A DNA stretch of 64,000 nt from Anaerolineae bacterium (GTDB taxonomy: Bacteria > Chloroflexota > Anaerolineae > B4-G1 > SLSP01), in the NCBI GenBank assembly GCA_049975385.1, contig JBNGDO010000003.1:5460-69459 (forward strand), written 5' to 3'. Below are positions 27,014 to 37,866 of the stretch, piece after piece. Made by a program: the position numbers and the translations under genes. How positions within the stretch are numbered: position 1 is the stretch's first letter; each line of letters starts with the position of its first letter. The notes below the pieces were generated by a model. The model saw only the letters and a list, made by a program, of their open reading frames with translations. It did no database searches and was not told the origin of the DNA.

Positions 27014-28825
27014 CTATAGGCCTGGCATAGCGATGGGTATGGTGAAGAAGAAGGTGCTGCCTTCGCCGGGTGCGCTCTCCAGCCAGATCCGACCACCGTG
27101 CATTTCCACCAGGTTCTTGGCGATGGTCATCCCTAATCCTGTTCCATTTTGTTCTTCAGCATTGGGATCGACAACGCGGAAAAATTTGGTGAAGAGGCGC
27201 AATTGATTTTCTGGGCTGATACCGATACCGGTATCGCTGATCGCACAGCGAATGAAGTCGGGCTCGTCGACAGAAAGCCAGGTTTTGACCGTGATCGTGC
27301 CTTCGTCTGGCGTGTACTGAATCGCGTTCCGCAGGAGAATGGTCAGAATTTGCTGCAGCCGGTCGTGATCGGCATAAGCCTGCGGTAGATCATCCCACGA
27401 CTCACAGGTATAGCGCAAGTGTTTTCTCTCCACGTCCTTTTGCAATCCTTTCATAACCTCTTCAAGTGTCGCGTTGAAATCGACCGCGCGCAGACTGAGC
27501 CGCAACCGTCCCGCTTCCATCTCAGCGACGTCCGAGAGATCATTGACGATAGCGATAATGCGCTGGATGCTTTGCGCGATGGTTTCGACAAATTCCTGCT
27601 GTTGTGGCTCGAGCGCTCCGGCCATGCCGGTCTTCAGCATATCGCTGTATCCAAGGATGTACGTCATCGGCGTGCGGAGCTCGTGCGCCATCGTGGAAAC
27701 GAACTCGGATTTGGTCATATTGGCCTGGCGCAAGGCCTCGTAGAGCCGTGCATTTTCGACGGCAGTGGCGATGTTGTCGGCGACGCGGGTCACCAATTCT
27801 AGTTTGCTTTTCTTGAACGAGCGTTCTTCGGTGACCAGGTAGAGCACACCGATCGGGCGTGTGTCGCGCAATAGCGGCAGGACCAGGTAGTGTTCCTCGA
27901 TGATCGGTTCGCGTGTGGAAATGCAGCGCATGGCTAACAGGCTATTTGGCTTGACGTCGCTGTCTTTGGTGAGCCAGCGAACACCCGCTTCTGCGATCAG
28001 CCCAATCACGCCGGCCTCTGCACCAGACGCGGCGACAGCCCATGCCGCACTGCGCTCCATCACCCGGTTGAAGTGCAGGCTGGCGTTGAGGTCGCGCATC
28101 ATCTCTTGTAGGATGGTCAGTTCGCGCATCTTCTCAGCGAGCGCCTGATCGATTTTCTGATGTTCTTGCGCATTGTAAATCGCCATCGCCGCGTTGTTGG
28201 CGAATGCGCTCAGGCTTGCCATATCTTCCTCGGTGAACACATCCGTGCGTGCTCGGTTGTCGAGGTAGATTGCACCAAGCGTTTCACCTTTGTAGATCAG
28301 GGGAACGCACAACGTCGCGCGCAGCCCATAGGCGATGATGCTTTCGCTCCCCTCGAACCGTGGGTCGATCTGCGCGTTTGTGCTGAGGATTGGACTTTTC
28401 TTTTTGATTGCTTGACGCACGATGCTGTGGCTGAATTGGATGTCGTCATCGGTGAAAAGCACGTACGAGGTGCTGTGCGTCATCTCCACCTGGGGGTCAC
28501 CGTTTGCATCGAGAAGGAGTAGCATACCACGTTCCGCGGTGGTGATCTGGATGAAGGCATCCAGCACGGCTTGCAGGGTTTGTCGCCACTCCAGCGAGGC
28601 ATTGATCGAGTGTGAAATATCGTAGAGCATGCTGAGGCGGGCGCTTTTTTCCAGCATCATATCCGTCTGAATTTGCCGGATCATCGTTTCCCAGGTTTGC
28701 ATCTGCGCGCCAAGCGCCTCAAGCGAGACCCCGTTCTGGAGCGTGTGGCGCTGCTGGCGGATCTCGGTTTGTAGCTGGGCTAACACCTCTTTGGCCTGGG
28801 CTGTGCTGATATTCACACTCTCCAT
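27014..28825 (-). CDS. Sensor histidine kinase with tandem GAF domains (no receiver domain).
   Basis: H-box MAHELRTPMTYILGYSDML. HATPase_c region GTGLGMTIAKNLVEMHGGRIWLESAPGEGSTFFF. The ATG at 28825..28823 is preferred because it overlaps the upstream stop (TAATG). The ORF track begins 22 codons earlier. Confidence 0.8.
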   Translation of the reverse strand: MESVNISTAQAKEVLAQLQTEIRQQRHTLQNGVSLEALGAQMQTWETMIRQIQTDMMLEKSARLSMLYDISHSINASLEWRQTLQAVLDAFIQITTAERGMLLLLDANGDPQVEMTHSTSYVLFTDDDIQFSHSIVRQAIKKKSPILSTNAQIDPRFEGSESIIAYGLRATLCVPLIYKGETLGAIYLDNRARTDVFTEEDMASLSAFANNAAMAIYNAQEHQKIDQALAEKMRELTILQEMMRDLNASLHFNRVMERSAAWAVAASGAEAGVIGLIAEAGVRWLTKDSDVKPNSLLAMRCISTREPIIEEHYLVLPLLRDTRPIGVLYLVTEERSFKKSKLELVTRVADNIATAVENARLYEALRQANMTKSEFVSTMAHELRTPMTYILGYSDMLKTGMAGALEPQQQEFVETIAQSIQRIIAIVNDLSDVAEMEAGRLRLSLRAVDFNATLEEVMKGLQKDVERKHLRYTCESWDDLPQAYADHDRLQQILTILLRNAIQYTPDEGTITVKTWLSVDEPDFIRCAISDTGIGISPENQLRLFTKFFRVVDPNAEEQNGTGLGMTIAKNLVEMHGGRIWLESAPGEGSTFFFTIPIAMPGL

Positions 28826-29757
28826 TAGGCACCTCCAGCGAGGGCGCTCGCCTCGGCAGCGTCTGCACTGGACCAATCCCAGAGCCAGCACGCCAACCCT
28901 CCCCAGGGTTGCAGCGGTTCGAACATTGCATGGGTATCGCGCCAGGCGCCACGGCGCTCTTTGTTGGATGAACGAAGATGCCGTTGCGTCGCCAACGTTG
29001 CCGGAATGTACTCGTAGCGCCCTAGGCTGAGCATGACGAGTCCCAGGGTTGCGGGTTCAAGGGTGAGGAGGTTCGCCAACTCAGCCGCAAGTGCATCTGC
29101 AGGGCATTCCCCTTGAGATAAAATCTCGATGTGCTTCGCTTTGCTGTTGAACTTCTCTGCGACCCGGATGAGTTTTCTGGCGATGTCTGGGGTAAATACT
29201 TCACGCAATACCTCATCTCCCCACAGGATTTGCTGTGGGGTGGGGAAGGCATGGCGTGTGGGATTGCTGGGCAGCGGATCGCCGAAGCGGTCGACAATCC
29301 ACGCAATGCGTTGTCCTCGCTGCATCTTCTCTTCCTGTGTGAGGATAATCGCTTTAATCACATCCTCGAAGAACGTCGTGCCGCGCAAGATGTGTGCGCC
29401 ATTGTGCAGCGTCGTTTCCAGGCCCGGCGTGCGACGCGCGATCTCCAGGAAGGGCTGCAAATTTTCGCCCAGCCTGAGCATGCGGCGGGTTTTCTGGCTG
29501 AGTTCCTCGGTGTCTTTTCCGCTCAGGCGCGCATCCGTTTGCAGGATGAGGCCGGCCAGTGTCTGAGAGAGGGTCAGAAAGACAGTGTGGCCCGATTGCA
29601 GGCGTTCGACACGGTTCAGGCGCTCTTTGGTGCGATTTACAGTGAATGGCGGCAGGAGCAGCCTAAATTGTTCCAGTTTCGATTTCTCGCAGTTGAGCGA
29701 GCGCCGGATGATTTGTGGTAGCGAAAAGCCATCAGGTACTGTCAGCGTCCAGTGCAT
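28825..29757 (-). CDS. AlkA-like protein (AlkA_N plus HhH-GPD fold DNA-3-methyladenine glycosylase II homolog), apparently missing the catalytic Asp.
   Basis: The N-terminus MHWTLTVPDGFSL... parallels the start of AlkA. The FPTPQQIL region and C-terminal PWGGLACWLWDW resemble AlkA FPTPQRL and PWRSYALLHIW. The Gly-rich HhH hairpin and the LPDDY catalytic Asp positions are replaced. This is a by-eye alignment. Confidence 0.5.
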   Translation of the reverse strand: MHWTLTVPDGFSLPQIIRRSLNCEKSKLEQFRLLLPPFTVNRTKERLNRVERLQSGHTVFLTLSQTLAGLILQTDARLSGKDTEELSQKTRRMLRLGENLQPFLEIARRTPGLETTLHNGAHILRGTTFFEDVIKAIILTQEEKMQRGQRIAWIVDRFGDPLPSNPTRHAFPTPQQILWGDEVLREVFTPDIARKLIRVAEKFNSKAKHIEILSQGECPADALAAELANLLTLEPATLGLVMLSLGRYEYIPATLATQRHLRSSNKERRGAWRDTHAMFEPLQPWGGLACWLWDWSSADAAEASALAGGA

Positions 29758-29991
29758 GTTCCCCCAGCTCAGTCACTTTGAAATTCTCAGGGCTATACGG
29801 TGTGCCAATGCTTCTCTCACCATGCGAATGTGCGTGATGAGGCCCTGCTTCGCTATTTAGCATACCATAGATGAACGTGATAGGGGATTTCAAGCAGGTT
29901 ACGGTTTAGTTAAAACATTTGGCCGGGGGGTAAACAAAACCGGGCGGGATTTATATCCTGCCCGGTGCGTATTCAGCGGCCAAATAAACAC

Positions 29992-32460
<2,469 letters not shown>

Positions 32461-32473
32461 CCGGATTGGCTTT

Positions 32474-32908
32474 TCAGAATGGTATATCGTCCCCGTAAAA
32501 GTCTTCATCGAAGTCGAAATCCTCATCGTCAAATTCATCACCGAAGAGGAACGTGTCCAGGTCGAGCTCGTCGGGATCGATGCCCTCGGCTTCCAGATCG
32601 CTCTGGATAATCGTGAGCATGGCCTCGCAGTAAGCGACCTGTTTCTGCAGCTTGGCCAGTTCCGTTTCTGTGGCGGATATGGCTTTGTCGATCCTGTTTC
32701 TCTGTTTCTGCCAATGCTTGCGTTCCTTTTCATCTTCTGTCGCGTCGTAGAGGCGTTGGGTGACATCAATTTCGTAGCGTTGATATTCGAGGTCGTACTC
32801 GAACTCCTTGATTTCGTATTGGATGTCCCGCAAGGTTAACATCCAGTGATGGAAAACACCGATTTTCACCGATACAGTCCTGCGTAATTCGCCGTTTTCT
32901 TCTTCCAT
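32474..32908 (-). CDS. Hypothetical coiled-coil protein with a highly acidic C-terminus (DEDFDFDEDFYGDDIPF).
   Basis: An ORF with a strong RBS (GAGGGTAAGGAA ATG) at 32908, lying 4 nt after the Rmd-like gene stop. The longer ORF-track start (32953) would overlap the upstream gene by 41 nt. Confidence 0.5.
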   Translation of the reverse strand: MEEENGELRRTVSVKIGVFHHWMLTLRDIQYEIKEFEYDLEYQRYEIDVTQRLYDATEDEKERKHWQKQRNRIDKAISATETELAKLQKQVAYCEAMLTIIQSDLEAEGIDPDELDLDTFLFGDEFDDEDFDFDEDFYGDDIPF

Positions 32909-32912
32909 TTCC

Positions 32913-33869
32913 TTACCCTCCCGTTGTGATTTGCCGCCATTCGTCCAGGACATCCTGGATCGTTTGCTCGAAGGGGATTTCCGGTTCCCAGCCGGTATCC
33001 AGTTTCAATTTCGCTGCACTGCCGTAGAAGACGGGGACATCGGCGGGGCGATAGCGCTCCGGGTCGATCTCCACGTGAATGGGAACGTTCGCCAGAGCGA
33101 TCAATTGATCGACGAGAGACCGGATCGTGCGCGGGGTTCCTGACGCGATGTTGTAGACCTCGCCGGACGTCCCGTGCGTCAGGGCTAGATGATAGGCCCG
33201 CACTACATCGCGCACGTCGGTGAAGTCGCGGGCGGGTTCGAGGTTGCCTACACGCATCACCGGGGCCTGTTTTCCGGCCTCGATCGCGGCAACCTGGCTC
33301 GCGAAGGCCGCCAGCACGAAGCGCGCCGACTGTCCCGGCCCAACGTGGTTGAAGGGGCGCATGCGGATGACGGGCAGTCCGAAGCTGATGAAGTACTGGT
33401 AGCCCATCACGTCCTGCGCGACCTTGCTGACGCTGTAGGGGTTCTCCGGGCGCAGAGGGTGATCTTCGGTCAGCGGGAGTTCGGCGGCGCTGGCGCGCCC
33501 GTATTCCTCGCCCGATCCGATGACCAACGTACGCGGCGTAAGCTGGAGCGACTTACAGCCTTCCAGCAGGTTTAGTTGCCCGCGGATATTGTTATCCAGT
33601 GTCCCCCACGGATCTTTGTAGGATGTCGGCACGTGAGATTGCGCTGCCAGGTGGATGACGTAATCCGGCGGGGACTGTGCCAGCAGCGCGCGGGTTGCGT
33701 CAGCGTCGCGTAAGTCCAAAAAGTGCAAAGCCTCGCGTTGTGGGTCATTCGGCGATGGTGGTGTATCGGGATAGCTCGTGCCGGTGATGTCCCAATCGGT
33801 CTCCGTGAGGAAATAGCGCCGTAGATGCGTGCCCACGAATCCGGTTGCTCCGGTGATCAAAATACGCAT
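32913..33869 (-). CDS. NAD-dependent epimerase/dehydratase, GDP-4-dehydro-6-deoxy-D-mannose reductase (Rmd)-like.
   Basis: 318-aa extended SDR with N-terminal ILITGATGFVGTHL and a YxxxK catalytic pair (PYSVSK). It is co-directional with gmd. Rmd versus Fcl cannot be settled by eye. Confidence 0.6.
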   Translation of the reverse strand: MRILITGATGFVGTHLRRYFLTETDWDITGTSYPDTPPSPNDPQREALHFLDLRDADATRALLAQSPPDYVIHLAAQSHVPTSYKDPWGTLDNNIRGQLNLLEGCKSLQLTPRTLVIGSGEEYGRASAAELPLTEDHPLRPENPYSVSKVAQDVMGYQYFISFGLPVIRMRPFNHVGPGQSARFVLAAFASQVAAIEAGKQAPVMRVGNLEPARDFTDVRDVVRAYHLALTHGTSGEVYNIASGTPRTIRSLVDQLIALANVPIHVEIDPERYRPADVPVFYGSAAKLKLDTGWEPEIPFEQTIQDVLDEWRQITTGG

Positions 33870-33955
33870 AGTCTTTAGCCTGCTAGTCTTTCACCTGATC
33901 GTCTGAGTGGCAACAATGTCTGGCATTATACGGGATTGAAGTCGAAAGTCAAAAG

Positions 33956-34789
33956 CTACACCCCGCTGAACGCGCTGAACCCGCCATCCACCGGCACGAC
34001 GACGCCCGTCACAAAGTTGGCCCCGTCGGAGAGCAGCCAGAGGGTGGTGCTGATGAGGTCTTCCGGCACACCGAAACGTCCCATCGGGGTGTGCTCGATG
34101 ATGGTTTTGCCGCGCGCTGTGAGGTTACCGGTTGTTTCTTCGGTGAGCAGGAAGCGGTTCTGTTCGGTGAGGAAGAACCCGGGCGCGAGTGCATTCACGC
34201 GGATGTCCGGCGCGTATTCCTGGTTCATGTGGACCGCCAGCCATTGCGTGAAGTTGCTGATTGCGGCTTTGGCCCCGGAGTAGGCGGGGATGCGGGTGAG
34301 CGGGCGGAAGGCGTTCATCGACGAGATGTTGAGGATGACGCCGTGCTTCTGCTCCGCCATCAGCTTGCCGAAGACCTGGCTGGGCAGCAGCGTGCCGATG
34401 AAGTTGAGGTTGAACACCCACTGTACCGCGTCGGCAGGCAGGTCGAAGAAGGCGACGTCCGCGCTGGTAGAAGCCTGCTTCTTGTTGCCGCCCGCTCCGT
34501 TAATGAGAATGTCAGGTTTGCCGAACTTCTCGAGGACGGCCTGTGATGCTGCCTTAATGCTGGGTTTATCCAGCACGTCGCATTTCACTGCGATGGCTTC
34601 GCCGCCATCAGCTTGAATTTGATCTGCAATCTTTTCCGCTGCTTCGAGGAAAAGATCGAGCACGGCGACTTTGACGCCGACGCGTCCCAGCGCCAGGCTC
34701 ATCGCCCCGCACAAAACGCCGCCCCCGCCGGTCACCACGGCGACTTTGCCTTCGAGTCCAAATAGTTGGTTCAAATACGCTTTGTCCAT
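33956..34789 (-). CDS. Classical SDR oxidoreductase, possibly a UxuB-type fructuronate (D-mannonate) or altronate oxidoreductase.
   Basis: 277-aa ORF with TGGGGVLCGAM, NGAGG and a YSGAK catalytic motif. The UxuB call is inferred only from its position upstream of uxaC/uxaE. Confidence 0.6.
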   Translation of the reverse strand: MDKAYLNQLFGLEGKVAVVTGGGGVLCGAMSLALGRVGVKVAVLDLFLEAAEKIADQIQADGGEAIAVKCDVLDKPSIKAASQAVLEKFGKPDILINGAGGNKKQASTSADVAFFDLPADAVQWVFNLNFIGTLLPSQVFGKLMAEQKHGVILNISSMNAFRPLTRIPAYSGAKAAISNFTQWLAVHMNQEYAPDIRVNALAPGFFLTEQNRFLLTEETTGNLTARGKTIIEHTPMGRFGVPEDLISTTLWLLSDGANFVTGVVVPVDGGFSAFSGV

Positions 34790-34799
34790 AACAATCTCC

Positions 34800-34958
34800 T
34801 TTTTATAGGTAGGCGGTAGACAGTAGACGGTAGACGGGGTTGTTTTCTCCTGTTACGGCCTGCTGTTTGCCGTCTCGTTTTTTTGATAGGTAGACGGTAG
34901 TCAGTAGACAGTAGACAGGTTACTCTTCCCCTGTCTACTGTCTACCGTCTACTGTCTA
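34800..34958. repeat. GGTAGAC heptamer repeats in both orientations, including a roughly 30-bp-arm imperfect inverted repeat (34886..34958).
   Basis: Direct reading: ggtaggcggtagacagtagacggtagacgggg ... gtagacggtagtcagtagacagtagacagg ttactcttcccc tgtctactgtctaccgtctactgtctac. Confidence 0.85.
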
Positions 34959-36377
34959 CAATTTATACGCTCGCTTTGCCAACCGGTAGGCCAGGTCGAG
35001 GATCATCTCGTAGGCATCGTCCATATCGACGACGTGGCGGACGACGAGACCGGCGACCCAGTTGGCGCTGGCGCGCCGCCACACGTCGTGACGGGCCGGG
35101 ATGGAGGGGAAGGCGCGCGTGTCGTCGTTGAAGCCGGCGGTGTTGTATAGTCCGGCAGTCTCCATCACCCGGTCGAAGTAACGGCGCATCCCGGCGAGGC
35201 TGTCGTGGAACCACCACGGCGGCCCCAATTTGAGCGCGGGATAGTGCCCGGCTAATGTCGCTAACTCGCGGGAGTAGGTGTCTTCGTCGAGCGTGAAGAG
35301 GATGAGCGTGAGCCGTGTGTCGTTGCCGTATTTGGCCAGCAGGGGGCGCAGATTTCGTGTGAACTCTGAGGCGATGGGGATGTCGCAGCCTTTGTCCAGG
35401 CCAAAGCGCTCGAAAATGGCCTGGTTATGATTGCGGAACGAGCCGACGTGCATCTGCATCACCATGCCATCCTCGATGCTCATGCGTGCCATTTCCATTA
35501 GCATATGCCCGGTGAAGCGCGTTGCGTCCTCGGCGGTGGCCGTGCCCTTGAGCGCCCGCTGGAAGATAGCGTCGGTCTCCTGTGGCGTGAGTTCGCCGGT
35601 GTAGGCCGTCAGCGCAGCGTGGTCGGTGGCGCGCGCCCCCATTTCGATGAAGAAGGCGCGCCGGGCTTCCAGCGCCCGGATGAGCGCGGGGTAGCTATCG
35701 ACCTCGAACCCGGCGGCGGCGCTGAGCGCGTCCACGTTGGCGCGCCAGTTGGGCGCATCCAGGTTGACGACGGCGTCGGGACGGAAAGTCGGGCGCACGA
35801 CACCGGGCCACCCGGAGTCGCGGATGGCCTTGTGGTGTTGCAGATCGTCGCTGGCGGCGTCGGTGGTGCAGAGGACTTCGATGTTGAAGCGCTCGAACAT
35901 ACGGCGCGGCGTGAAGTCCGGGGATGCCAGTTGTGCGGCGATGTGGTCGTAGATGGCCTGTGCGTTCGCACCACACAGCTTTTCCTCCACGCCAAACACC
36001 TCGATGAGTTCTTGTTGCAGCCATATCCCACTCGGCGTTCCGCGAAACAGGTGGAAGTTTTCGGCAAAGGTTTGCCAGATTTTGCGGTGATCCTGCTCTA
36101 CCGGACCGCCATCGCTGCGCGGGACGCCCATTGCTTCCAGCGAGATGCCCTGCGAATACAACATGCGGAAGACGTAGTGATCGGGGATGATGAGCAAATC
36201 CGCCGGTGTGCCGAAACTGCCATCCTCGGACGCGAACAGACGCGGGGCAACGTGCCCGTGCGGGCAGACGAGGGGGAGGTCGGCGACTGTGGCATACAAT
36301 TCACGCGCCACCGCCCGCTGCGCCGGGTCGGGATCGAAGAAACGGTCTGGGTGTAAAGTCCATTTTGTATCGGGCAT
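34956..36377 (-). CDS. uxaC: Glucuronate isomerase
   Basis: Matches the UxaC N-terminus: LHPDRFFDPDPAQRAVARELYATVADLPLVCPHGHV.... ATG at 36377 with AAGGAG 9 nt upstream is preferred over the ORF-track start at 36422. Confidence 0.85.
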   Translation of the reverse strand: MPDTKWTLHPDRFFDPDPAQRAVARELYATVADLPLVCPHGHVAPRLFASEDGSFGTPADLLIIPDHYVFRMLYSQGISLEAMGVPRSDGGPVEQDHRKIWQTFAENFHLFRGTPSGIWLQQELIEVFGVEEKLCGANAQAIYDHIAAQLASPDFTPRRMFERFNIEVLCTTDAASDDLQHHKAIRDSGWPGVVRPTFRPDAVVNLDAPNWRANVDALSAAAGFEVDSYPALIRALEARRAFFIEMGARATDHAALTAYTGELTPQETDAIFQRALKGTATAEDATRFTGHMLMEMARMSIEDGMVMQMHVGSFRNHNQAIFERFGLDKGCDIPIASEFTRNLRPLLAKYGNDTRLTLILFTLDEDTYSRELATLAGHYPALKLGPPWWFHDSLAGMRRYFDRVMETAGLYNTAGFNDDTRAFPSIPARHDVWRRASANWVAGLVVRHVVDMDDAYEMILDLAYRLAKRAYKL

Positions 36378-36418
36378 ACTCTTGGTCTCCTTGTGAATAA
36401 AGTATTCAGTGGCAAGTC

Positions 36419-37864
36419 TCATTCTGTTGACACAAACGGCGCGAGATGCCGCTGGAAGTGCCGGTCGAGCAGCGTTTCGTACACGGCGGCGTGTTCGTAC
36501 AGCAAGGCCATCAACCGCTCGTGATAGGTATCCAGTACCGAGCCAAAGGTCACGTGCAAGACCTGACGCGCGTCGAACTGGTTGAGCAAGTCCGGCAGTT
36601 CTGCGTCGGTCAACGAACCGAGTGCGGGAACCTTCGACAATTGCGCGGAGACGTGATAAGTTGCGCGATCGGTCTCGTAATGCCTGTAAGAGAAGGCGAA
36701 GATTTCCCGGAAGAACGCCGGGGCGACATGCGCTACTGCCCGCAGCGCCTCCAGGTAGCTCGTTCCGGCGGTTTTAAGGTGTACCAGCCCGCCCGTCAAT
36801 TGCGCGGCGATGCCGTAGATGGAGAACTTGTCCGAGCCAGAGTGCAGGCTGAGCTTGTACGGCCCTACGGTGCGTGCGACGGCGGCGTGGCGCGCGAATG
36901 CGGCGGTGAAGACGTCCAAATCACCGAGGTAGTCCACGCCTTTCTCGAAACGTCCCACGAAGCGCGGTGCCAGACTCACCCACTGCACGCCCAGCCGGCG
37001 CAGTTCCATGGCGACGAAGAGGTGTTCCTCCGGCGATGTGGGCGTTTCCGTCTCGTCCACGGAGACTTCGAGGTCGAAGGGGCGGCTGCCCATCCGCCCG
37101 GCGATGTGGCGATACATCATCGCGGTGTGGGCCAGGGCGCGTCCGTACTTGGCGGCGGCGCGCTCCAGTGTCTCCTGATCGAAGGTGAAGGTAAATTCCC
37201 CTGCCGTGAACGTTTGCCGGCAGTAGCGACTTTGCATAGCCTCCGGGCTGTCTTCCAGTTTGGCCCAAGGCAGCGCTTCAAACTTGGCGTGCACGATATC
37301 CGGTGCTGCATCATGCGCTTCGTTATCCACGTGCGCGCCGGGATCAATGGTGAAGAAAGTGTACCCCGTGTCGATAAATGTGTCGGCGTCCTCGGGCGTC
37401 TTCAGGTGATCGGCATCCGCGCCCCACGGCGCGCGCCAGCCCATCTGGAAGATTCCCCACATCGCGTCGTCCATGACTTGCTGCGGCGTGCGCCCGGTGC
37501 GGGCGTTTTCGCGCACGGACTGCTGTGCGAAGATCGGCGCGATGCCGGGATAGCGTTCGGCTGCCTTGATATGGCCTGGCGTAGCGATGCCAAGTCGGTC
37601 GCCGAAGCCTGCTGATGTGTGCAGGCCCAGCGGCGTGGGACTCAGCCACGGCAGTCTGTCGCGGAGCGCAGCGGCATTGGCAGGCGTCAATGGACACAGC
37701 AGCACATCCCCGTGCAGGTTGCCGGCAAAGCCCGTTGTGTCGCCCAGGACGACCAGGTATCGTATGCGGTTTGCTTGCCTACGCACCATGCCGTAGGCTA
37801 CCCCTTCGTGTTTTACTTTCGACTGCGCAATGATCTCAAACTCAGCGGGTAAATCAGGTATCAT
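36419..37864 (-). CDS. uxaE: Tagaturonate/fructuronate epimerase UxaE family
   Basis: About 480-aa protein lying between uxaC and a GH5 gene. The start at 37864 (GAAGGGGG RBS) is preferred because it sits just after the GH5 stop (TAAcaATG). The family call is by recollection of the UxaE length and context, not by motif certainty. Confidence 0.55.
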   Translation of the reverse strand: MIPDLPAEFEIIAQSKVKHEGVAYGMVRRQANRIRYLVVLGDTTGFAGNLHGDVLLCPLTPANAAALRDRLPWLSPTPLGLHTSAGFGDRLGIATPGHIKAAERYPGIAPIFAQQSVRENARTGRTPQQVMDDAMWGIFQMGWRAPWGADADHLKTPEDADTFIDTGYTFFTIDPGAHVDNEAHDAAPDIVHAKFEALPWAKLEDSPEAMQSRYCRQTFTAGEFTFTFDQETLERAAAKYGRALAHTAMMYRHIAGRMGSRPFDLEVSVDETETPTSPEEHLFVAMELRRLGVQWVSLAPRFVGRFEKGVDYLGDLDVFTAAFARHAAVARTVGPYKLSLHSGSDKFSIYGIAAQLTGGLVHLKTAGTSYLEALRAVAHVAPAFFREIFAFSYRHYETDRATYHVSAQLSKVPALGSLTDAELPDLLNQFDARQVLHVTFGSVLDTYHERLMALLYEHAAVYETLLDRHFQRHLAPFVSTE

Positions 37865-37866
37865 TG

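Noticed and set aside
36446-37615. 389-aa plus-strand ORF.
   Set aside because: Antisense within the UxaE-like gene.
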